The position numbers and the translations under genes were made by a program. Positions 1 to 8,906 of a stretch of DNA of 64,000 nt are shown in pieces (within the stretch, counting starts at the first letter, position 1; each line of letters opens with the position of its first letter). Source of the DNA: Naegleria gruberi. Lineage: Eukaryota. The stretch lies in NCBI GenBank assembly GCA_000004985.1, contig GG738912.1; one strand, written 5' to 3'. The notes beneath the pieces are model-generated. The model ran no database searches, was not told where the DNA came from, and saw nothing but the letters and a program-made list of their open reading frames with translations.

Positions 1-152
1 CATTTCTAACAGACTATCCGCTAGGTGATGAATTGTGAGTTAACATTTCACATACTACCCACAAAAGCTAGCTCTGGATTAAATATATTTTATTCAATTC
101 AGGTTTTTGATGTTTCTATGAAAGTTTCGTCTAAGTGCCGAAACATCCAATA

Positions 153-1820
153 TTAATACAAGAATTCTGCAAACAATGGCAAGTGATCAGAGCCATGATC
201 TTCATCAGGAATACTTGATTTTGGAACGAATTCCAAACAAGGTCCACTATCTTTCACTTGCAAACTTGGAGAATGCCATATGTAATCAACTATTGAATTT
301 CTACCAGTCGTTCCACAACAAGTCCAAAACTCCTGAACTGTATCATGACTCTTTTGCAGTGGAATACTTTCACAAGCTTCAATTAATTGTATTGGTTTCT
401 CGTGTGGACTTGTATTGAAATCTCCAAACCAAATAATACTTGTCTTTTGAGGATCAGCAATTTTTCCAATTTGATTCAAAATTTCATTCACTTGTTTTTC
501 TCTTGGGCCAGTATCACGAGGTTGGAATGTCAAATGACAATTTATAATACAGAAGAATCGACCTTTCACTCTATCCCTTGCAATAACGTATTGAAATACT
601 TCAGGATACTCCTTCACTAAGGTCTTTTCTCCCTTATTGAATATTTCAAATTTGGTATTTCTAATAGCAAGTATCAAGCCGTCCTTCTTTGGATAATTCT
701 TATACGAATGGTAAACTGAAAATCCTTCTTGTTCCAGAAAGAATTGAATTTGAGAAGCATGTTGATTATCAATTTCTTGTAGACCAATTATATCAAATCT
801 TCTCTCCTTCAAGACGGAAAATATTTTATACTTTCGTATTTCCCAATCCAGATATTTCTGATTGGTAATATTCGAATATCTACTCAAAGAAATGTAACAT
901 TGTGCCAAAATATTATAGGAACAGACCAGAATAGTTGGTGGAGGAAAGGACAGATTAGTTTGTGGTAGATTTTCTGATCTTGATCCAATGATGACCTGAT
1001 TATTCTGGACTGGAGAAACATGAAAATGTTGAAATTGCTTTCCAGAATTTTGAGGATTGTAAAAATTTTGAGGAGGATAATTTTGAATTGCTTGATTTGG
1101 ATAATTTGCAATTGGTTGTAAAATTTTGGGATTTGCATATTGAATTGGAGGAGGTTGATTTTGTTGGTGGTGTTGTTGATGACTATTAGAAACTGAACTA
1201 GTTCCTTTCTGATTATTACCATAATGAGCTTGATAGGTAGTTTGATTTTTGGCAGGTTTTTGACTACTTGACTGATTAGTAGAATCAATCTGCTTCTTCT
1301 TCTTCTCATTCACCCCATGACATTCCTTCCACACAGGTTCATCACTTCCATGTATAAAACAATATCTATGCCATCTTTCCTTATTATAGCATTTTTCACC
1401 ATATTTGCACGGATGATGAAACTTGAATTTGTGTGAAAATTCCTTATTTTCATCCAGTAATGATTTACAATTTAGTCCATACTTGCACGGATGATAAAAT
1501 TGAAAATTATGATTGGAATCATTGGTGAGTTTACAATTTTCCCAATTTGGACATCTCAAAGAAACTAATTGTTCATCATCAATCCCTTGAATTACATTCG
1601 AAACATCTGAAAAAAAGTGTTTGGCCTTTCGAATAATTTCTTTCGAAAAATTAGTTTCATGTTTAAAAGTTAAATTGTGTTTCTTATTGGTGAGGAGAGA
1701 ACAATCCTTCCCGAATGGACAGGTATGGATGAAATAATGTGTATGATTGGAGTCAAATAGATTATAACAATTTTCATCGTATTGACAAACTGTAAGTTTT
1801 GATGACATTTTTTTTGACAA
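153..1820 (-). CDS. Protein with N-terminal repeated PBZ-type (C-x5-C-x7-11-H-x5-H) zinc fingers and a C-terminal endonuclease/exonuclease/phosphatase (EEP; CCR4/nocturnin/Angel-like) nuclease domain
   Basis: The 555-aa ORF has about five repeats of C[KP][YF]GxxC...H...H (CPFGKDC..H..H; CKYGLNC; CKYGEKC). The C-terminal half carries the EEP motif series: LVCSYNIL, DIIGLQEID, INCHL, WFGDFN, VDYIW, GSDHLPL. No internal stop, so no intron is needed. Confidence 0.6.
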   Translation of the reverse strand: MSKKMSSKLTVCQYDENCYNLFDSNHTHYFIHTCPFGKDCSLLTNKKHNLTFKHETNFSKEIIRKAKHFFSDVSNVIQGIDDEQLVSLRCPNWENCKLTNDSNHNFQFYHPCKYGLNCKSLLDENKEFSHKFKFHHPCKYGEKCYNKERWHRYCFIHGSDEPVWKECHGVNEKKKKQIDSTNQSSSQKPAKNQTTYQAHYGNNQKGTSSVSNSHQQHHQQNQPPPIQYANPKILQPIANYPNQAIQNYPPQNFYNPQNSGKQFQHFHVSPVQNNQVIIGSRSENLPQTNLSFPPPTILVCSYNILAQCYISLSRYSNITNQKYLDWEIRKYKIFSVLKERRFDIIGLQEIDNQHASQIQFFLEQEGFSVYHSYKNYPKKDGLILAIRNTKFEIFNKGEKTLVKEYPEVFQYVIARDRVKGRFFCIINCHLTFQPRDTGPREKQVNEILNQIGKIADPQKTSIIWFGDFNTSPHEKPIQLIEACESIPLQKSHDTVQEFWTCCGTTGRNSIVDYIWHSPSLQVKDSGPCLEFVPKSSIPDEDHGSDHLPLFAEFLY

Positions 1821-1841
1821 GTGAATTCTGACAGATAAAAA

Positions 1842-2729
1842 ATGGTAGCATCAAGCGAAGAAGAACACGATCAGGAAACATCAACAACAGCTGCATCACT
1901 TTCGATATCAAGTGTTGTTGGTGGAATTAAAAATTTACTTGGTGAATTATTTGACAAGGCATCAACTGAAGAAATTGATCATGTAATTGCATTGACAGGA
2001 TTTAATGCATTGAAAGCTTATACATGTTTATTGGAAAAGTATCCTCCACCTACTGTTCCGGTGTCAAATGTTGTGGAACAGCAGCCATCTGTCAGTAGTC
2101 AAAATATTCCCCTGACACAACAATATTTTCAACCATCACAATTACCAATTCAACATGTTCATCAAAATATTGATCCGATGATGATGAGCCAATTTATGAT
2201 GCAAAATCAATTTATGCCTGTCGGATGTCAACAATTCAATCAAATTCCTCAATTTCAACAACAGCAACCTATGAATCAATCTACATGTATTTTGATGAAT
2301 GATGGAATGGGAAGACAATATTATATGATTTCTGATCCAAGTCAAATGTCAAGTAATAATTCAATGATGGTCAGCAGTGGAATTACAACTTCCAACCCAA
2401 CTCCTCAACCATCTTCTACATCAATTACAGCATCTACTTCAATTGCAACTCAAACATCTACTTCTAATACACCTGCCACATCAACGCAACCTGCCACCAC
2501 TCATGTCACCATTGACAAGAAGAAGAAATGTAAAGATTGGGACAAATGTACTCAAACTGGCGACCAAACACACGTTGAGAAATTCTTCCATCCATGCAGA
2601 AATGGATCTCATTGCAAGAATATTGAAAATGTCATTCATCAAAATAGATTTGTTCATCCTTGTAAAGATGGAAAGCAATGTAAGAAGAAGGATGATAATT
2701 TACACAATATTATGTTTACTCATAAATAA
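1842..2729 (+). CDS. UBA-like, Q/S/T-rich protein with two C-terminal PBZ-type zinc fingers
   Basis: 295-aa ORF with an A-rich start context. N-terminal EEIDHVIALTGFNALKAYTCLLEKY is UBA-like. It is followed by Q/M/S/T-rich low complexity. The C-terminus has CKDWDKC..H, PCRNGSHCKNIENVIHQNRFVH and PCKDGKQCKKKDDNLHNIMFTH. Confidence 0.5.
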   Translation: MVASSEEEHDQETSTTAASLSISSVVGGIKNLLGELFDKASTEEIDHVIALTGFNALKAYTCLLEKYPPPTVPVSNVVEQQPSVSSQNIPLTQQYFQPSQLPIQHVHQNIDPMMMSQFMMQNQFMPVGCQQFNQIPQFQQQQPMNQSTCILMNDGMGRQYYMISDPSQMSSNNSMMVSSGITTSNPTPQPSSTSITASTSIATQTSTSNTPATSTQPATTHVTIDKKKKCKDWDKCTQTGDQTHVEKFFHPCRNGSHCKNIENVIHQNRFVHPCKDGKQCKKKDDNLHNIMFTHK

Positions 2730-2796
2730 AATCAATGCTTTTGCTTGTCAAATTGTGAATTCACTTGTCAAATCATCGTTTTACCTGTCAAAAAAA

Positions 2797-4527
2797 ATGT
2801 TACCTTATCGTCCGCCTATTGTTCAGCCAATTCAACAGTTAATTCCGGTGTATTCCTACATGCCATCAACTTCATCATCGCCTGCCACTCCAACCAATGA
2901 TCAATCACATCAATCAACTGCCACAAATCAAAATAATCAGCAAAGTATTTGCAAATTTGGTCCAAATTGTCCCAACTATGACCAATGTACCTCTCTTCAT
3001 CCATGCCGTTACGGAGAAGATTGCAGAAGAATTTCAAGAGTTGTTAACAAGACTCAGAAATTACAAGACATTGTTCACTGTTCCAAATGTTTCCATATTT
3101 GTAAATGGGGTGAGAAGTGCAAATATTTGAATGATGAAGAACATGTAAATATGTTTCTTCACACGTGTACTAAATCAAATTGTAAAGATGAAGTTCACAA
3201 AGAGAGATTTAGACATAAATGCAAATATGGAAAAAATTGTCGTTCCTTAGATGGAAAATATGAAAATTGGGAACATTATGTCAAGTTTATTCATCCTAGG
3301 ACTAATGGAGTTATGAGACATGTAGAAAAACAAATGTATTATCTATTTTCTGAAATATCTAATGATGAAAGCAATTCAAAAACTGCTCAATCTGACATTC
3401 CTGGTTTGACACTTGTAAAGAAGAGTACACTCAAACCACAAGTGAAAGATAGAAAACGATCTGCCAAATGTGAAATTTCCACAATCGATGGTAAATCCAC
3501 AGAGTATTATTTCATTGGGTATGAGAAGGGTGCTGGAAATTCGTCAACTTCAAAAGTCGTTTGTTTTAAAGAGACTGGAAAGGGAGTTTTTGAAGGTCAT
3601 ATTAAGGTAGTTGCAGAATCTAGTTGTGTATTTGATGGAAATGCAAAGATTGAACAACCTTGGTATCATTCAAAAGTTAATGTTTATAGAAATACTGTCA
3701 TTAGTCAAGTATTTGATGAAATTTTGAAACAAGGTTTGAATGGAGTGAGCCCAAATGCTACCTATATCGATGTTATGAAATACATGATAGAACAGCATGA
3801 TATTCCAATATTTATTGTTGGAGGAGCTGTCAGAGATGTCATTCGAGAAGTGATTGTTGAAAAAAAGACCAATGCCTTACAAATTATGAATAATATTAAG
3901 GATATTGATATTGGATTTGGTTGTGATCCACAGACATTTCATGGACGCCTCACTCGAAAATATAAATCAGGTGTTCCAATTCCTGGACCTCGTGGACTAG
4001 TTCAAGTAGGAAGCTCCAATGGTTCTGATCTATTCCTGGAAGGTAAAGCCATTAATGGTTTAAATAATGATAATAAGAGTGTGAAAGCACAAATTGCTCA
4101 ATGTTATGGAACTAATCTGAGAGGAGAAAACATTTGTAGAGATTTCACATGTAATTCTCTTTGGTATGATCCAATCAATAAGTGCATTATTGATACTATT
4201 GGAAATGGGCAAGGAATTAAGGACGTAATTTCAAAAAATTTACGAATTCCTGTAAAACCAAGAGATTGGGAATTTTGGGTTTCTGGCAATCCAACAAAGT
4301 TGATGAGATTTTACAAATTCCTTTTGAAGGGATATTCTGCAGATGCCAAAACTAAATCATTCATAATTGAACAAGTTAAAAGTGGTAAATTTATTAGTGA
4401 TATGGAAATTAGAACTCAATACACAAAAGGAATTGGAAAAGCCAACAAAGCAAGGTTGGAGAATTTGTTGAGAAGTGATTTTGGTGATCAGTTTTACAAT
4501 AATTATTTCGCTAATCATATTAAATAA
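2797..4527 (+). CDS. PBZ-type zinc fingers fused to a class II (CCA-adding enzyme / poly(A) polymerase family) nucleotidyltransferase domain
   Basis: Start is ATG at 2797 (aaaaaaaATG), in frame with track ORF 2377..4527. The track's upstream extension overlaps gene 2 in another frame and I judge it spurious. Four PBZ-like fingers: CKFGPNC, CRYGEDC, CKWGEKC..H..H, CKYGKNC..H..H. The head domain shows IFIVGGAVRDV...KDIDIGF (GGxVRD + DxD) and ENICRDFTCNSLWYD (compare RRDFTINAL). The tail is RIPVKPRDWEFWVSGNPTKLMRFYKFL. Confidence 0.55.
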   Translation: MLPYRPPIVQPIQQLIPVYSYMPSTSSSPATPTNDQSHQSTATNQNNQQSICKFGPNCPNYDQCTSLHPCRYGEDCRRISRVVNKTQKLQDIVHCSKCFHICKWGEKCKYLNDEEHVNMFLHTCTKSNCKDEVHKERFRHKCKYGKNCRSLDGKYENWEHYVKFIHPRTNGVMRHVEKQMYYLFSEISNDESNSKTAQSDIPGLTLVKKSTLKPQVKDRKRSAKCEISTIDGKSTEYYFIGYEKGAGNSSTSKVVCFKETGKGVFEGHIKVVAESSCVFDGNAKIEQPWYHSKVNVYRNTVISQVFDEILKQGLNGVSPNATYIDVMKYMIEQHDIPIFIVGGAVRDVIREVIVEKKTNALQIMNNIKDIDIGFGCDPQTFHGRLTRKYKSGVPIPGPRGLVQVGSSNGSDLFLEGKAINGLNNDNKSVKAQIAQCYGTNLRGENICRDFTCNSLWYDPINKCIIDTIGNGQGIKDVISKNLRIPVKPRDWEFWVSGNPTKLMRFYKFLLKGYSADAKTKSFIIEQVKSGKFISDMEIRTQYTKGIGKANKARLENLLRSDFGDQFYNNYFANHIK

Positions 4528-4569
4528 CTAATGTAAATCAAAATTCAACACTTTTTAGGTCATTAACTT

Positions 4570-7500
4570 TTAATTTTTTCTATTCCTTTTTGGTTTAGAA
4601 ACAAATGTTGGGACTCTTGTGAGTGATTGTTTTTCATATTCAAACTCTATCGCGGAAAAATGGTTATATTGTTCACCAAAGTATCCTCTAGCTTCTTGGT
4701 TTCCATTTTTAGCAGCTTTCAACAACCAGAGTGTTCCTTGTGTTACATCTGTTTCACATAATAACTTTCCCAACGCCAACTCTGCATCTGAATTTTGTTG
4801 TTGAGCAGCTTTGAGCAACCATGAATGTGCAAGCTTAATGTTTTTCGGGACAACCTTATCAAGTCCATACATATAAATCATTCCAAGAGAATATTGTGCA
4901 TTTGAATTTCCTTGATTAGCAGATTTGCAATACCACTCAAAAGCAAGTGAATAATTGGGTGTTTGGATGATATTAAGTGTATGATGATAAATGCAAGCTA
5001 CTTCATATTGGGCTTCATTATTTCCAAGTTCAGCAGCTTTTTGATAGTAATCCCATGCTTTTTGATTATCCTTTAATTCTTTATAGAGATATCCTAAACG
5101 AAAGAGTGCTTCTGAATTCTTCACATCAGATTCTACTGCTTTTAGATACCATATAATGGCCTCATGTTTATCCAATAAAACACCATCACCCAGCTCATAC
5201 ATTTCTCCAATATCATATTGTGAATCAGAATCATTGAATTTTGTAGATGCTTCCAAATACAATTCGTGTGCTTCTTGATAATTACCCTTATTAAAAAACA
5301 TTCTAGCCACATTTCTAAGAGCTTCAATATGCGTACTTATTATTTCAGCTTCTCTAAAAATAAGTTTTCTATATTCTTCATCAATTTCCATTCTTTTTAA
5401 ATTCATATTATTACCTAATATAATGTGTTCGCCAGAAACTAAGATATCTGTAGTAATAGTAGAAAGCTTTTGCTTGGATAAATCGAGTGCTTTTTGGTAA
5501 AGTTTAAATGCCAACAATTCATTACTTGATATTCCATTATCACCATCTTCAAGCATTGATGCAACATAATTAATGGCAGGAATATAGTTACTATCATATA
5601 CTTTCTTAAATAGCTCAAAAGTTTCGGTATTGTTTGTTTTGGAATAATGAATAGCTTGTTGGAATAATTTCTCCCCTTTATCATTACTAACTTCCAAAAT
5701 CATATCCAATTGACTTGCAGAATATAAAACTCCATATTCCACGCCTTCCATTTCTAAAGTATTAACGTTCATCTCATATTGGTTTCTTCTTTGAGCATCT
5801 TCTATAAAATAAGAAATCAATTTTCTTTTTTGAGAATCATTATTTAACACTAAAGAGTAGAGAGTGTAATTATTTTGCTCTGATTTCTCCATTTCTAAAA
5901 TGTGAGAGGAGAAGTTTGGGATTAGAATAAATCTGCTTTTGTCTTTGATTAAATGGCCCATTTTTAAACCAAATTGTGTGACAGATTTTAGAGAGGAATT
6001 TAGAGAAATAATATGCACCTCCTTGTCCTTAAGAAATAATACAAAAAATCTCCAAAAAAGGTCCATCATTTCCGAGACCATTTGAACTCGCTGTTTCTTT
6101 TTGTTAATCTGTTTGAAAATAGTTTGAAATAATTCCTTATAAATATCTTCCATCCTTTTTTGATAATCATTTGGTTTCGTGTTGTTTTTGAAAATATTTG
6201 CTATCTTGTACTTGATAAATGTGATTAAATGTTGTCTGTCATCTACACGTGCTATTTGAGAATTTGGGTCTTTAAACTCTAATTTTTGAGAAACTAACAA
6301 TTGCATACTATCATATAATTTACCAACTAGAGAAACACTGCGCCTCAATGGACCATGTTTGTTCTTGTGGTAGTGTGGAAAGCCAGGGAATTTTTCAAGT
6401 AGTTCTAAATCTTGTGCATTTACAGCAACACTGTAGTTGCCTTTTTTGGGAGCGTCGATAGCCCTGTTGATGAGAGTACATAATCTTTCCATGTTATTCC
6501 AGTATTTTCGTGACCATTGATTTCCATAAAAATCAGCAAACAAATGACGAATTCCAATCAAGTCTTTGAATATATCAGGATCGAATGATCGTGTCTCATT
6601 GTAGTCGTCATCAAAAGATCCTGGATCGAACTCTACTAATGATTCTACTAGTTCGTTATCCCAACATGCAAAATATTGATCTCCATCTAGATCAGATCCT
6701 GCAATCATATTTGTTATTGGTCTACTTCCTTTTGTAGGAAAAACAATAACATCGTAAAGAAAATTCAATTCAGGAATGTTGACTGCCTCTAATTTTCTCA
6801 GGTCACCACGATGTAAGCATGGCTCTTTAGTGACAATCACAGTATTCTCAATTACATTCTTCTTCTTTGGATCATTTAGAGAGGAAACTTGAATAAATAT
6901 TTGACCTTCTTTGAGTACTCCGAAAGGATCTGCTATTCCGTACAACCTTCTAGAACTGTAACAAGGAATTCTCAAGGAGAGTATTTGGTTTCTGTAGGGG
7001 CCTGTCAGGAAAGCAAGCTTTTTGCTTTTTAGAATGGAAAGAACGTTAAGAGAGGCATAGTCTCCTTGTTTTACGTACTGATCAAAAACCTTGTCAATGT
7101 CCGATTCTGAAATATAGTTTTTCATCAAATTTTCAATATGTTTACAGGCCTTTTGGTTTAGTATTTCGAATATCTTTCCTTGTTTTGTTTCATCTTCACA
7201 CCCTTCTAAAATGTGCATAATTGTCGAATTGATTCTAGCAAAATCACAGGGGCTTGAATAACCTACGATGCATAAATTATTAATTATATCATCATCAGTG
7301 TTTGGGTGTTCAATTTTCATCATTGATTTCCTTAGCACTAAATGGTGACCATACACCTTTTCCGCATTTGGATGGATGTAAACCATGCCTTTGGCTCCTC
7401 TAAATCTTATTTGGTATGCACAGGGAAGATATTCATTGACTAGAAACTCTACTCCATCATTTTCTTCGTAGATACCATCTTCATCCATCGATTGTTTGCT

Positions 7501-8724
7501 CTGGTATTTCAATAAATTTTTAGATTTACGAACAATTTCATAAACTTTCATAGCCAATTCAAGAGAAATAAATCCACATCCATCGGTGAAAAGTCCCTCA
7601 TCATTAATAACAGTGTATTCTGAAACTCCAATAGTAGGAATAACAGGAGTATTAAATAAAGCCAGTCTTAAACTTTGCTTTAATTTGTTATTCTCAAAAT
7701 AAAGATCCCTGTTCAATGTATCTGGAATGGCCCATGTTTTTACATCATGTATTGATAGGGAAGAATTGTTTGGAAGTTTGGAAAGATCAGGACACATGTA
7801 AATAAATCGATAAGAATGCATTCCACTCGTATTTTGACACAGTTTCTGGAATGTAAATCCAGCAATATGTAAAGGCTCTTCTCTTTCTATATATGGCTCT
7901 ATTAGCCTGAATGATTGGTTATCCATTAACACTCTGCTAATGTGCTTTTGGTCTTTCATTAATTTCAATGTTTCCTCATCGAATTTTCCTTCCTTGAATT
8001 GATTTAAATATTGTCTCAATAATACTATATCTCCATGATCCTCTGATTTTGATTCCATAGCCACTTGATCCTTCAATTCAATATTATTTAAAATTTCAGG
8101 GTGCTCTCCAGTAGATTCAAGAATCATTTGAGATTTGAAACCCATTCTCAAAAAGCTAAATCCAACATTCAACACTGTATTCACACCAAATTTTTGTCTA
8201 AACCTACTCTGTAGCCATCTATCTTGTTGTGAGCTGTTGAATCGAATGGCAAGAATGGGTGATATCTTTGGTTTGTAAAAACAATATAAGGTTGCTGTTC
8301 TAGTCCTAAACATTGTCTCTGATTCGTCCAATTCTTCTGTTGTTTGCTTACTTGGAGATGAAAGGTTTAAATTCTGATGATCCTCTTCCTTCTCTGTTAT
8401 TGTTGCTAACAACCACCGATGAAGAGCCTCTAATCCTATCGGATAGGCAATCACTGCCATCCTAGAAACTCTCTTTAATATTTCATAGCGATCGACGAAG
8501 GACATTCCACAATACTTTTCCCCTCTCACATTTTTGAAATTAAATTCCAAATATTTGGTACAATCATCAAAATTTCTAATGATCGGAATGGATTCAATCA
8601 TGTAATAAGTTGCCAATAAATCCTTTACGTAATTTTCATCTTGTCTATTCATAAACTTTAACTCTTCAAGTTGTTGAATCTTTTCAAGCTTTGAGAACCC
8701 AGAAACAAAAGACAATACGGACAT
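4570..8724 (-). CDS. Eukaryotic cellular RNA-dependent RNA polymerase (RDR family) with C-terminal Sel1-like (SLR/TPR-like) repeats
   Basis: 1384-aa uninterrupted ORF starting aaaaaaaATG. It carries the RDR catalytic signature: VIVTKEPCLHRGDLRKLEAVNIPELNFLYDVIVFPTKGSRPITNMIAGSDLDGDQYFACWD. Other RDR blocks are present: DGCGFISLELA, RFRGAKGMVY, LRKSMMKIEHP, YRNQILSLRIPCYSSRRLYGIADPFGVL. The C-terminal ~300 aa are tandem Sel1-like units (AxxWYxKAAxxGNxxAQYxLGxxY...). Confidence 0.75.
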   Translation of the reverse strand: MSVLSFVSGFSKLEKIQQLEELKFMNRQDENYVKDLLATYYMIESIPIIRNFDDCTKYLEFNFKNVRGEKYCGMSFVDRYEILKRVSRMAVIAYPIGLEALHRWLLATITEKEEDHQNLNLSSPSKQTTEELDESETMFRTRTATLYCFYKPKISPILAIRFNSSQQDRWLQSRFRQKFGVNTVLNVGFSFLRMGFKSQMILESTGEHPEILNNIELKDQVAMESKSEDHGDIVLLRQYLNQFKEGKFDEETLKLMKDQKHISRVLMDNQSFRLIEPYIEREEPLHIAGFTFQKLCQNTSGMHSYRFIYMCPDLSKLPNNSSLSIHDVKTWAIPDTLNRDLYFENNKLKQSLRLALFNTPVIPTIGVSEYTVINDEGLFTDGCGFISLELAMKVYEIVRKSKNLLKYQSKQSMDEDGIYEENDGVEFLVNEYLPCAYQIRFRGAKGMVYIHPNAEKVYGHHLVLRKSMMKIEHPNTDDDIINNLCIVGYSSPCDFARINSTIMHILEGCEDETKQGKIFEILNQKACKHIENLMKNYISESDIDKVFDQYVKQGDYASLNVLSILKSKKLAFLTGPYRNQILSLRIPCYSSRRLYGIADPFGVLKEGQIFIQVSSLNDPKKKNVIENTVIVTKEPCLHRGDLRKLEAVNIPELNFLYDVIVFPTKGSRPITNMIAGSDLDGDQYFACWDNELVESLVEFDPGSFDDDYNETRSFDPDIFKDLIGIRHLFADFYGNQWSRKYWNNMERLCTLINRAIDAPKKGNYSVAVNAQDLELLEKFPGFPHYHKNKHGPLRRSVSLVGKLYDSMQLLVSQKLEFKDPNSQIARVDDRQHLITFIKYKIANIFKNNTKPNDYQKRMEDIYKELFQTIFKQINKKKQRVQMVSEMMDLFWRFFVLFLKDKEVHIISLNSSLKSVTQFGLKMGHLIKDKSRFILIPNFSSHILEMEKSEQNNYTLYSLVLNNDSQKRKLISYFIEDAQRRNQYEMNVNTLEMEGVEYGVLYSASQLDMILEVSNDKGEKLFQQAIHYSKTNNTETFELFKKVYDSNYIPAINYVASMLEDGDNGISSNELLAFKLYQKALDLSKQKLSTITTDILVSGEHIILGNNMNLKRMEIDEEYRKLIFREAEIISTHIEALRNVARMFFNKGNYQEAHELYLEASTKFNDSDSQYDIGEMYELGDGVLLDKHEAIIWYLKAVESDVKNSEALFRLGYLYKELKDNQKAWDYYQKAAELGNNEAQYEVACIYHHTLNIIQTPNYSLAFEWYCKSANQGNSNAQYSLGMIYMYGLDKVVPKNIKLAHSWLLKAAQQQNSDAELALGKLLCETDVTQGTLWLLKAAKNGNQEARGYFGEQYNHFSAIEFEYEKQSLTRVPTFVSKPKRNRKN

Positions 8725-8906
8725 TTTTTTCTGGGTTTAAAATCAAAATTGAACTCACAACAAAAACAAGGATTGCAAAGGGTTTAGCATTAAATTTATT
8801 GTAAAAACAAATATCAACTTGGAATTACTAGATACGTGTACCAATTCTCTGATCTACCTTTTATGAGATTAGCTGTCTATGAACTCTCTCAAATCTAAAT
8901 CAGTAA

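Noticed and set aside
884-1309. Internal and antisense small ORFs inside large genes (e.g. 884..1309, 2142..2345, 5142..5684, 12360..12683, 25849..26375)
   Set aside because: They are embedded in or antisense to well-supported longer CDSs, with low-complexity translations and no start context. In the eL6 gene they arise from GC-rich codon bias.
2377-2796. N-terminal 140 aa of track ORF 2377..4527 (MELQLPTQLLNHLL...)
   Set aside because: It overlaps gene 1842..2729 in another frame, is low-complexity read-through of CAA/ACA-rich sequence, and lacks a plausible start. The real start is the A-rich ATG at 2797.
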